Assembly: GCA_044374195.1 (NCBI GenBank)
Contig: JBILOY010000001.1
Span: 101,883-165,882, forward strand
From: Candidatus Nanopelagicales bacterium
GTDB taxonomy: Bacteria > Actinomycetota > Actinomycetes > S36-B12
Reading direction: 5' to 3'
Length of the DNA stretch: 64,000 nt
Shown here: positions 1 through 8,674 of the stretch, piece by piece
How the letters are laid out: each line of letters opens with the position of its first letter
Position numbering within the stretch: the first letter of the stretch is position 1
The notes under the pieces: generated by a model
Database searches by the model: none
Told to the model about the DNA's origin: nothing
Seen by the model: only the letters and a program-made list of their open reading frames with translations
Program-made: the position numbers and the translations under genes

Positions 1-936
1 GAAGCCTGCGGCGATAACCGTGACGCGAACCTCATCGCCCAGGGTGTCGTCGATGACGGCGCCGAAGATGATGTTGGCGTCGGGGTGAGCAGCGTCGCTG
101 ACCAGACGGGCAGCTTCGTTGATCTCGAACAGGCCGAGATCGCTGCCGCCGGAGATGGAGAGCAGAACTCCGCGGGCGCCGTCGATGCCGGCCTCGAGCA
201 GCGGGCTGGAGATGGCACGCTCGGCGGCCTCAACCGCACGATCCTCGCCACGAGCCGAGCCGATGCCCATGAGGGCGGAGCCGGCCGAGTGCATGACGCT
301 CTTGACGTCGGCGAAGTCGAGGTTGATCAGGCCCGGGGTGGTGATCAGGTCGGTGATGCCCGAGACGCCCTGCAGCAACACATGGTCGGCCTGGCGGAAT
401 GCGTCGATGACGGAGATGTTGCGATCCGACAGCGAGAGCAGGCGGTCGTTCGGGATGACGATCAAGGTGTCGACCTCGGCACGCAGCGCCTCGATGCCCT
501 CATCGGCCTGAGCGCCGCGACGGCGACCCTCGAAGCCGAACGGGCGGGTAACAACGCCGATGGTCAGTGCGCCGAGTGAGCGGGCGATGCGGGCCACGAC
601 GGGTGCGCCGCCGGTGCCGGTGCCGCCGCCTTCGCCTGCAGTCACGAAGACCATGTCAGAGCCGCGCAAGACCTCTTCGATCTCGCCCTCGTGATCCAAG
701 GCGGCCTTCTGGCCAACCTCGGGGTTCGCGCCGGCGCCAAGGCCCCGGGTGAGCTCACGGCCGATATCGAGCTTGACGTCGGCGTCGCTCATCAGCAGAG
801 CCTGAGCATCGGTGTTGATGGCGATGAACTCCACGCCCTTCAAACCGACCTCGATCATGCGGTTGACGGCGTTCACGCCGCCACCGCCGATGCCGACGAC
901 CTTGATCACTGCCAGGTAGTTCTGCGGAGCTGCCAC
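1..936 (-). CDS. ftsZ: Cell division protein FtsZ (3' end runs off the window)
   Basis: Manual minus-strand translation from GTG at 936: [28 protein letters not shown]...[13 protein letters not shown]...NLDFADV; RBS GAAAGGAA upstream. Not in the supplied ORF track. Confidence 0.98.
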   Translation of the reverse strand, partial: MAAPQNYLAVIKVVGIGGGGVNAVNRMIEVGLKGVEFIAINTDAQALLMSDADVKLDIGRELTRGLGAGANPEVGQKAALDHEGEIEEVLRGSDMVFVTAGEGGGTGTGGAPVVARIARSLGALTIGVVTRPFGFEGRRRGAQADEGIEALRAEVDTLIVIPNDRLLSLSDRNISVIDAFRQADHVLLQGVSGITDLITTPGLINLDFADVKSVMHSAGSALMGIGSARGEDRAVEAAERAISSPLLEAGIDGARGVLLSISGGSDLGLFEINEAARLVSDAAHPDANIIFGAVIDDTLGDEVRVTVIAAGF

Positions 937-992
937 AGCCCGTTTCCTTTCGTTGGGCGTGACAGGGGAAGTCACGCTCGACCCTGGCCACA

Positions 993-1017
993 AACCCTCA
1001 ATCTCAACCTGAGGTTA
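993..1017. promoter_or_regulatory. Imperfect palindrome upstream of ftsZ, putative FtsR (MerR-type) binding site
   Basis: AACCCTCAATCTCAACCTGAGGTTA resembles the motif found upstream of actinobacterial ftsZ and bound by FtsR in Corynebacterium (from recall). Confidence 0.55.
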
Positions 1018-1150
1018 AGAATCGAGGCTGCTCGTAGCCGGCGGGAAGGTAGTGGACGGTCTGGGGGAAATGCAAGGTGGACGGGCCAGCAACTCGGATT
1101 CACGAGGGAATTTCTCAGCTCCACGAACCCCCGGACCTATTGGCCGCCTT

Positions 1151-2077
1151 CTATGACTGGAAAACTACGTCTCGGTGGTACTCCAGGAAATCTCGCTGCG
1201 CTGGCCGGAAGTCACCAACGGAGGCTCTTGAATCGATACTCCACTGGGTCAGAATCTCGGGGTTGAGCTCCCTCGAGGCTCGAATCTCCCCCGCATCCGT
1301 GAAGGTAATGAACCCCCGATCAAAGAGGTGGTCCACGTGCGGGGACAACAACAGTCCGTTATTGCCGTCAAGCTTTTCGTCGTTGCTCGACACCGACCAA
1401 GGCTTGATGTGACTCGCCCTTAAGTGCTTCACATTCGTGACGCCGGTCACCCGACATGCCTTCTCAATCAGGCGAACGTTGGACTTGAAGATCCCTTGAC
1501 CTCGTCGGGATTTCACCAGCTGAATCCCCTCAAGATCCCCGTCGAGCAACTTTGCGCGAATCTCATATTCGATGGCCGAATCCTCGTCAGGGGTTGCGAG
1601 CGGCGCGAGCGCATGTTGCAACGAATAGAGGTTGGCATTCGACAGCATGACTAACAGCTGGCCCAATTCGAACGAGATCTCCGTTAAATAGACCCCCTGA
1701 TTTCCGTTCCCGTTGTTCTGCAGTGGTGCGTACCTGGCAGCAAGTAGAGGACGAATTTGCTCCATGAAGTCCTTGGGGCTGACCGGGCGTTCAATCGCAG
1801 AAAACTCAACATCTACGAGCCATCCGATCTCGGACCAATTACCGCCTGCCCCCTGGAAATCGGGCTTGGGCGCTGTGACCGCCGGGCGCTGGACGATGCC
1901 AATCGCCCTGATCACCGTGTCACAGAAGCTGAAGACCACGTCACCTGGTCGAAGCTCGGCCATGGTGTCGTAGAAATAGTGCTTCGCGCCGTCGCTGCGC
2001 GTTTTCGGAGACCAGAGGAACCCACCAGGCACCTCAAAATCGAAGGTCTGGTTTTGGTTGACCCACCAATACCGCAC
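1151..2077 (-). CDS. EVE-HNH modification-dependent (type IV) restriction endonuclease, VcaM4I-like
   Basis: 308 aa; N-terminal YWWVNQNQTF..GGFLWSPK..PGDVVFS EVE-like domain; C-terminal RRGQGIF..CRVTG..ASHIKPW..NGLLLSPHVDHLFDRG HNH domain. Confidence 0.88.
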   Translation of the reverse strand: MRYWWVNQNQTFDFEVPGGFLWSPKTRSDGAKHYFYDTMAELRPGDVVFSFCDTVIRAIGIVQRPAVTAPKPDFQGAGGNWSEIGWLVDVEFSAIERPVSPKDFMEQIRPLLAARYAPLQNNGNGNQGVYLTEISFELGQLLVMLSNANLYSLQHALAPLATPDEDSAIEYEIRAKLLDGDLEGIQLVKSRRGQGIFKSNVRLIEKACRVTGVTNVKHLRASHIKPWSVSSNDEKLDGNNGLLLSPHVDHLFDRGFITFTDAGEIRASRELNPEILTQWSIDSRASVGDFRPAQRDFLEYHRDVVFQS

Positions 2078-2221
2078 GTCACGAGCTTAGGCTTTTGTGT
2101 CACGAGTAGCCTCCATTCCAGAATGTGCTGGAGTTCAATTCCCAGCGCAGGTCGCTGACAACGCTCGCTTGATCGTCGTTTGAGCTCAAGCCACCGAGAA
2201 TTGGGTCTCAAACTCGGTCGA

Positions 2222-2249
2222 TTAGAGGTTCGGGTCCCTCCGGGCGCAC
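2222..2249 (+). pseudogene. Degenerate 3' fragment of a tRNA (Arg-like), possible att remnant
   Basis: TTAGAGGTTCGGGTCCCTCCGGGCGCAC resembles the T-arm plus acceptor 3' strand of tRNA-Arg(ACG); no matching 5' half upstream. Confidence 0.5.
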
Positions 2250-2486
2250 TTTCACGAGGGAATCGGGCCTTGCATTCGGCTCACAGAGTGCCACTGCACC
2301 AGTGTTCGACTGAAGCTTGTCGAGCGCGTCTAGGACCGTGGGATCCAATGCGCCTATGCGTAGACGCAGGATGTCACTGCCCTCCCCCAGGCTCTCGCAC
2401 GGGTTTTTGCTGCCCCGTGGGTGATCGAGGGCAAAAAGTTTGGACCAAGGGAGAGGGAAACCAGCCCCCGGTAAATCGGACCCTGG

Positions 2487-2515
2487 AGACTGGGGGGAAA
2501 GTCTCCCCCCAGTCT
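2487..2515 (-). terminator. Hairpin downstream of the MmeI-like gene
   Basis: AGACTGGGGGGA-aagtc-TCCCCCCAGTCT, 12-bp perfect stem. Confidence 0.6.
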
Positions 2516-2530
2516 GGCGAGCCGGACCTT

Positions 2531-5296
2531 CTATGCGCGGGTCCGCTTGACGGGCTTCATGGATTTGGCGAGGTCGAGCTGCCCATCGTTCACGAGAAGC
2601 GTGTACAGGTTGAACAGGGTTGCAAGGATTGTGGTGTCGTCGGCATCTGCGGGAAGGCCATAGGCGGCGAGCACGGCCGCATCGAGAGCCCTGTGTGCCG
2701 TGGTGAGGTTTGCCGGCATGGCCAGTGGGTCGTACAGGTCGGCGAGGGATGCGTTTGGGTGCGAGGCTCGGGCATCGAGGACTGCCTCGGCGGCGGTGGT
2801 TATTGCGCTCTGCTGCGCATCGTTGACTTCCTGCCAGGGGAAGTTGTTGAGGGTGACCTGAGCTGAGATCGAGTAGTCAGATTTAAGGCGACCGGAGATG
2901 GCGTCTACCCATGTGGTGAACAGCTTGGAAGAGACGACACCGAACTGGTCCAGGGTTGCTTCGGCCACCTGAATCTTGTTCGTTGGAATGTCATCCGGCG
3001 CGAGGTACATGGTGGGTATGTACCGGCGAGTTTGGCTGGACACTTCAGGGATGGCGAGGTACTGATGACTTGGCTTGCGGATCTCTTGGAACTCGGTTGG
3101 GCGATCTGCGTCACGTCGCGTGGACGCCTTAGAAGAGGCGAGGCGTACCTTGCGAACTTCCTCCGCACGCGCTCGAATGGTGGGAGAGTTTCGCACGTCT
3201 GAAAGTTCGGCACCATGCAGCCACAAGCACCAGCGAACGCGGCCCTGGATGAACTCTTGAGAGCCGTAGATCCTTTTGAGGTAGCGGGCAGCGATGGAGT
3301 CGTTCCTTCTGATCTCATCGGCTTCCTCCGGTGAGAGGTTCGAGAGGAAGCCTCCATCGGTTGGCTGGCATCCTTTGGTGACGAATGGCGCAAGATCAGT
3401 GATCGCACTTGTTACGGGCTTGATAAGCACGTCTGCGGCATCCAGCAAATAGGCGTTGATCGTGGCAGGACTGCTCTCCAGACCGGCCTCATCGAACAAC
3501 CGGAATTTGCTGATCGGCTTTCGGGCCATTCCGATAATGACGCAGTGGACAGCGGCTTGACCAGGAGCACTGTTCCTCCAAACGAACGTCCGCCAAGCAA
3601 AGTGATATCCCACTCCGAGTCTCGTTAGAGCACTCCAGAGCACTGGTGGCTGCTGTCCTTGGGTCACGCTGTTCGTAGCAACGAATGAAGCGGCACATCC
3701 ACTGTCCGAAACGTGTCGGGCGGCGATGAGTAGCCAGTTGGCAACGAAGTCGACAGTGCCGGAGCCTGAAGCGCAGTCCCAAACTTTCTGCTGGTCAGCG
3801 GCCTGCTCGCTGCTCTGCCACGACGGTCCAAGGAATGGCGGATTTCCCATGATGAACGTGTTCGAATCAAATTCACCAACAACAGCACTCCAATCCGCAG
3901 TGAGTGCGTTCGCTTGCGCAATCTTCGCATTGCTTGAAATCGGCAATCTGTCAGGCGCCTGACCGAACTCTTCAGCGAGGCGCAGGTTTGCTTGGTGATC
4001 AACAAGGAACAGTGCGACCTCGGCGATGCGGGCAGGCCACTCCTCGAGCTCGATGCCATAGAACTGACCTAGCGACACCTTCAACCCCAGCGTCGAATCC
4101 AGCGACAACTGCGACTGGCCTGTCAGTTCAGCCAGCCGCTTCATCACCGTCAGTTCGAAGTCACGCATCTCCCTGTAGGCGATGGCGAGGAAATTTCCGC
4201 AGCCACAGGCGGGGTCGAGGAACTTCATGTCCGACAGACCGTCACGTAATTTCTGCAACTTCTTTACATCATGGAATCCGGCATCGAACTGCGTCCGCAG
4301 GTCATCAAGGAACAGCGGCCCGATGACCTTCAGAATGTTTACCTCTGACGTGTAATGCTCCCCGAGCGCACGCCTGGCTTCCTTCGACTTCACCGCCTGG
4401 AACATGGAGCCGAAGATGGCTGGCACGATCGCCGCCCAATCCACCATGCAGCATTCGACCAACTGGGCCCTGATCGTGGAGTTGAACGAAGGAATGTCCA
4501 TCCGGTCAGCGAACAGGCCGCCGTTCACGTAAGGGAAGCGAAGAAGCGTCTCATCCAACGTCGGGGGCCTATTTGCGACCGGCCGGTCCAACGTTTGGAA
4601 AAGCAAGGAGAGTTGCGCGCCTAGATCCGAACCATCCACATGTGTTCGCGTCTCTACGAACTCCAAGAACAGATTGCGTTCCCACAAGCCCGTGTCATCC
4701 CCGAAGAACAGGAACAGCATTCGTGTTAGGAACACCGATGCCTCATGGTCGGTAAACCCGATCGTGGCAATCTCGTTGTAGAGCAGTCCCATCAACTCGG
4801 CGGCGTGAGCATCAACTTCCGACTCCTTCACGCCCATTCGGGCAGTGCCGTAGCCGGCGATGAACCCGAAGCGCTCGATCTCCTTGGCCAGGTCCTTTGT
4901 AGTGATCTCGACTGCGGGCTCACCTGATGTGAGGTCGAGAACGCGAATCCTCGCGAAGTCGCTGCACACGATTGCTGCTGGCAATTCCGCCTGCGGCAAT
5001 CCCTCCAGATAGTCAAGGCACTGCTGCTCGGCAGCCGCGAGATCCTTTCCTGCCGACTTGTGTTCTACGGCGATCACGCCAGGCCAGAACAAGTCGATTC
5101 GGCCTCGGCCACCTGTGGAAGCCCGCTCGGCGCGCTTCTCGAAGATTGCGACCCGTTTACGGTCGATTCCAAACATGCCCAAGAATTCATTCCAGAAGGA
5201 CTGAGAGCCAGCGTTCTCATCAGTTTCATCCGCCCATCGGGTGGAGAACTCCCGGGCGCGATCACGGATCTCATTCCATGACGGGGGCTTAGCCAC
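2531..5296 (-). CDS. MmeI-family type IIL restriction-modification enzyme (fused REase, m6A MTase and TRD)
   Basis: ~920 aa; PD-ExK (RIDLFWPGVIAVEHKS), FPYVNGGLF, GEHYTS, motif I FLDPACGCGNFL, motif IV GNPPF, C-terminal LADLYDPLAMP. Start GTG 5296 is a best guess (track start 5341). Confidence 0.92.
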   Translation of the reverse strand: MAKPPSWNEIRDRAREFSTRWADETDENAGSQSFWNEFLGMFGIDRKRVAIFEKRAERASTGGRGRIDLFWPGVIAVEHKSAGKDLAAAEQQCLDYLEGLPQAELPAAIVCSDFARIRVLDLTSGEPAVEITTKDLAKEIERFGFIAGYGTARMGVKESEVDAHAAELMGLLYNEIATIGFTDHEASVFLTRMLFLFFGDDTGLWERNLFLEFVETRTHVDGSDLGAQLSLLFQTLDRPVANRPPTLDETLLRFPYVNGGLFADRMDIPSFNSTIRAQLVECCMVDWAAIVPAIFGSMFQAVKSKEARRALGEHYTSEVNILKVIGPLFLDDLRTQFDAGFHDVKKLQKLRDGLSDMKFLDPACGCGNFLAIAYREMRDFELTVMKRLAELTGQSQLSLDSTLGLKVSLGQFYGIELEEWPARIAEVALFLVDHQANLRLAEEFGQAPDRLPISSNAKIAQANALTADWSAVVGEFDSNTFIMGNPPFLGPSWQSSEQAADQQKVWDCASGSGTVDFVANWLLIAARHVSDSGCAASFVATNSVTQGQQPPVLWSALTRLGVGYHFAWRTFVWRNSAPGQAAVHCVIIGMARKPISKFRLFDEAGLESSPATINAYLLDAADVLIKPVTSAITDLAPFVTKGCQPTDGGFLSNLSPEEADEIRRNDSIAARYLKRIYGSQEFIQGRVRWCLWLHGAELSDVRNSPTIRARAEEVRKVRLASSKASTRRDADRPTEFQEIRKPSHQYLAIPEVSSQTRRYIPTMYLAPDDIPTNKIQVAEATLDQFGVVSSKLFTTWVDAISGRLKSDYSISAQVTLNNFPWQEVNDAQQSAITTAAEAVLDARASHPNASLADLYDPLAMPANLTTAHRALDAAVLAAYGLPADADDTTILATLFNLYTLLVNDGQLDLAKSMKPVKRTRA

Positions 5297-5433
5297 AATT
5301 CCCCCCAAACCTGAGCACGATGTCATCCTAAGCGGATCCAAACCGATCCGAAGGAGAAGGAGGAGCCGGGCCGCTTCGGGGGTAACGGCCAGGCATTCGG
5401 GTGATACCCAGCTTTAGACCGAACAAACCCTGA

Positions 5434-5850
5434 ATCCTGGGCCGCCTGTGTGAGCTTTTCCTGGCAGCGAGGAACGGCAGCCCCCACAACAAGCAAAAGC
5501 CTGGAGATGAGACCCTTCCAATGTACGAACGGTTGACTCTCGAACGAGCAGTGGTTCCGATTACCCGCGTCTTGCGAATCATCGGATACGACAGTGCCAG
5601 CCTGGATCTGGATACATCTACAGATCTGCCAACGGCGAAGACGCGGAAGACCTACTCGGTTACCTAGAAACAGCTGACGGACGCTGGTGTCCTGCCAATC
5701 GGCCCACTCGTCTCCACCAACCCGAACTACGACTTCACGGCCAACCTTGTAGCTGACGGCACTATCGAGTTCGCTGGCGTCGTCTACCAGAACGCCCCGT
5801 CCTCAGCGGCTGCCGCTCGAGGGATCAACGCGATCAATGGGTGGGACTCG
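5434..5850 (+). pseudogene. Disrupted GIY-YIG/DUF4357 (RAMA-domain)-like gene remnant
   Basis: The frame from 5434 reads ILGRLCELF..HNKQKPGDETLPMYERLTLE..RVLRIIGYD..RKTYSVT*KQLTDAGVLPIG..ADGTIEFAGVVYQNAPSSAAAARGINAINGWD; in-frame TAG 5665-5667; N-terminus missing. Confidence 0.65.
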
Positions 5851-6207
5851 CGGGGGGGTCGCGACCACTGGTGGTACCCGAAGCCTTGCCACATATCGAG
5901 CCGAGTGGCTTCAAGCAATGTCCGGCTCATTGGGTGATCCCACATTGCCGGACTAGACCCTCGGGGCGGTTGATAGCGGCTGTCTTACCGGGAGCAGCCA
6001 ATTCGGCCGCAGTTCCGTACATCGTTCTGTTGGTGTGACTACTGATGGGCTCAATAAACTACAGCGGTGTCGTACGTGAGTACGGATACCCGTTGGGCCT
6101 CAATGGGTTTCGCGGTTTCGGCAATGTCAGACCCCCCTGTCACGGTGAAGGCGCTCGGGTGAGCTTCTCCCCCGGGTTGCCGGGTCGAATCACTAGGGGG
6201 CACACCG

Positions 6208-6393
6208 ATGGCTGAAACTGAGCCGAAATCCGAGCGCGTGAACTTACGCGCCACCAAGCATCAGGTAGCGGTGCTTCGTCAGGCCTCGATGCTGGCAGGG
6301 CTGACTCTCACGTCCTACGTCCTCACGACTGCTGTGTCACGGGCCGAGCTTGAGATCCAGTCACTTACGCCAACAAATCCGGATCAGCCATAA
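6208..6393 (+). CDS. DUF1778/TacA-like ribbon-helix-helix antitoxin (short, no adjacent GNAT toxin)
   Basis: KSERVNLRAT..LRQASMLAGLTLTSYVL..A..RAE pattern. Confidence 0.7.
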   Translation: MAETEPKSERVNLRATKHQVAVLRQASMLAGLTLTSYVLTTAVSRAELEIQSLTPTNPDQP

Positions 6394-6425
6394 GTTCATC
6401 GAAGGCCGACCGCAATCTGAATGCG

Positions 6426-6683
6426 GTGTCACTCATCGTCGGCATCCCGCTGGCGATCGTCCTGTTCATTTGGGCGGGTTGGATCACTGTCACCGCGTTC
6501 GTCGGCGGGCAGGCACCGTTCTTTTTCGTCGACTTTGAGGGCGTCAATCCCATACGCGGGCTGTTCTGGCTGATCATTGTTGATCCGCTTGTACTCACGG
6601 TGGCCTATTGGATCTTCATGCTCGTGATGCTGCCGATCGGCGCGTTGGCGGCGGGTATTGGCAAGGCAACTGATCGCAAGTAG
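6426..6683 (+). CDS. Small membrane protein, hypothetical
   Basis: 85 aa with two hydrophobic segments. Confidence 0.55.
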   Translation: MSLIVGIPLAIVLFIWAGWITVTAFVGGQAPFFFVDFEGVNPIRGLFWLIIVDPLVLTVAYWIFMLVMLPIGALAAGIGKATDRK

Positions 6684-6788
6684 TCGACGGCAGAGTCACT
6701 GGTACTCACGTCACAACTCACAATGTGTAGAGATGGAAGTGCTTCCTCACCTACGCTTCCGTCAACTAACCATTGCAACGGGGGAAAC

Positions 6789-7652
6789 ATGAAGACGCAC
6801 GTGCGATCAGCACTAACGACCATTGCGATCACCGGCGTGATTACTGCCCTCACAGCAGGAGCCATGGGAGTTGCGCAGGCAGACCCGGTGACGGAGCCGA
6901 GTGGGACTCCGTCGACTATTGCACCGACGAGTAGTGCACCGGCTGAGCCGACTCCGACGGCAACGCCAGCCCCCACCTACGCACCAGGCATGGCACCGAA
7001 CGAGCACGCGGGATGGGCGATCGTTGATCCTGCGACCGGTCAGCAGACCGGCGGAGTGATCGTGTGCACGCCAGAGGTGTGCGGAAGCGGCTGGTTCGCT
7101 GGCATGCGAGTCGTCCTTCAAACTCTTCAGGACCCCGTCGAAGCTTCACGCGCGGCCAACGGAGTCGGCAACGTTGCCGGCTACCAAGGCGGCACCTACG
7201 ACTTCGCAACCGGGCAGTGGACCTACCCCGGGCAGAGCGGGTCAACCTGGCAGATTCCACTCGCGTATCCGGGCGCGGACCTTGGCGGCACGGTTAACGT
7301 CCCTTCCTGCATTGCCAACTGCCCTACCCCCGAGCCCACTGCCTCGCCGAGTGGCGATCCGAGCGAGATGCCCTCTGAGTCAGCAAGCCCGGAACCTTCG
7401 TCCTCGACTGACCCAAGCGGGGTCGTGGCCGTCGTGGCACGAGCCAACGGCTACGCCGTCACGTTCGCACCGCTAAAGAAGCGCGCCGGCGTGACGACAG
7501 TTGTCGCACGCAAGAACGGCAAGGTTGTGCAAACCTGGACCCTTCGTGCGGGCTCGAAGAAGATTAGTTTCGTGCTGCCTCGAAGCTTCAAGGGCGTTCA
7601 GCTGACGGTTTCGCAGAAGGGCTCGGCGAACACGCGCGTCATGCTCGCTTGA
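6789..7652 (+). CDS. Secreted Pro/Ser/Thr-rich hypothetical protein
   Basis: Signal peptide MKTHVRS..AQA, RBS GGGGG, PST-rich linkers, two Cys pairs, basic C-terminal domain. Confidence 0.75.
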   Translation: MKTHVRSALTTIAITGVITALTAGAMGVAQADPVTEPSGTPSTIAPTSSAPAEPTPTATPAPTYAPGMAPNEHAGWAIVDPATGQQTGGVIVCTPEVCGSGWFAGMRVVLQTLQDPVEASRAANGVGNVAGYQGGTYDFATGQWTYPGQSGSTWQIPLAYPGADLGGTVNVPSCIANCPTPEPTASPSGDPSEMPSESASPEPSSSTDPSGVVAVVARANGYAVTFAPLKKRAGVTTVVARKNGKVVQTWTLRAGSKKISFVLPRSFKGVQLTVSQKGSANTRVMLA

Positions 7653-7710
7653 GAGAGGCCAGAAAAGTTCGATCTGGTCAAAAAGTGGGGTGTGGCGTTG
7701 GATTCTGCGC

Positions 7711-8472
7711 CTAGCCGAGGCTGGGGATTTCGCGCTGGCAGACGAAGCCACCCGTGCCGTTGTTCGGCCACTGAGACCAGCCCGGGCCGTATCCGCTCGG
7801 GCATGACGCCTGGCTCGAGGTACGCCCGATTTCCTGATGCCACGGCTGCGCCGTTGGCGATTGCTCTTGTGTCGGGACGGGAAGGTCCGGGTAGTAGGTA
7901 TAGATCCACCGATCGCAGACGTATCCGCCCTTGCCGTCGCCTGGCCAATGGGCCCAGCTAGGGGTCCAGCCGGAGCTGCACTCAGCGTCGGCAGATACTC
8001 GTGCAGTTGATTGCATCGATGTCGACATGTCAGGACTGGAAGCGCCGATGATGAAGTCGGTTGTTCCCCTGTGGAAGAAGTTGCCGGCACCAAACAACTC
8101 ACCAAAACGAATGCCCTCAGCTCGGTAACTGCCAGCGGGAAGCGGGACGGTATTCCCGTCGGGATCAAGCACAAGACTGCCAACGGTCACAACTCCCTGC
8201 GTGTCGCCGGCCGCGGGCTTGTACCAATACTTGATGAGACCTGGGGTATCTGGCAGGCACACAACACCTGCCTCACAGAAGGCCAAGATGTCGCCGGATT
8301 TCCCGAGAGCTACGCCGTACGGTGAGGTCCCGTTAAATGCCATGGCAGGCTCATCGAAAGTAATCGTTACGGCACCGGAGCCTGTAGCAGTCAATTCACA
8401 AGCGGTCAGGGCCACTGCGGCAAGGAGCAGGGCAGCGCAGGTTCCTGACTTCCCGAATCGGGGCATCCTCAT
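7711..8472 (-). CDS. Putative lipoprotein with two C-terminal CxxG[WY]xP[SG]W[AS][QH]WPxxGxGG[YF]VCxR modules
   Basis: Lipobox LTAC; two homologous ~40-aa repeats. Confidence 0.75.
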   Translation of the reverse strand: MRMPRFGKSGTCAALLLAAVALTACELTATGSGAVTITFDEPAMAFNGTSPYGVALGKSGDILAFCEAGVVCLPDTPGLIKYWYKPAAGDTQGVVTVGSLVLDPDGNTVPLPAGSYRAEGIRFGELFGAGNFFHRGTTDFIIGASSPDMSTSMQSTARVSADAECSSGWTPSWAHWPGDGKGGYVCDRWIYTYYPDLPVPTQEQSPTAQPWHQEIGRTSSQASCPSGYGPGWSQWPNNGTGGFVCQREIPSLG

Positions 8473-8674
8473 TCGCGATCAACTCTCTGTAGCAATGCCC
8501 AGGACGCCGTTCATAAAAGAAAGGACACCCCTGTCTCGACAGGCACGTCCGATGGATTTCAAGGCCGGGTTTTAGGACATCCCCCCGCGTTCCTTCTCGC
8601 GCATGTCCCTTACTCAGGTTACAGTCCAGACTCAGGTTCCGCATGTTGTGAACCCCCGAGGTTCTGGAGGAACC

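Larger units (their letters stand above)
1099..2263. repeat. 13-bp direct repeats TTCACGAGGGAAT (1099-1111 and 2251-2263) bracketing the HNH gene
   Basis: Exact match read directly from the sequence. Confidence 0.7.

Noticed and set aside
85-1266. Plus-strand ORFs 85..579, 119..511 and 691..1266
   Set aside because: Antisense shadows of ftsZ caused by high-GC codon bias
2160-2250. Intact tRNA gene
   Set aside because: Only the T-arm and acceptor 3' side are tRNA-like; no D-arm, anticodon arm or 5' acceptor strand could be folded
5665-5667. Recoded TAG (pyrrolysine or read-through) in the RAMA-like frame
   Set aside because: The gene also lacks its N-terminus and has an upstream TGA, so simple pseudogenisation is more parsimonious
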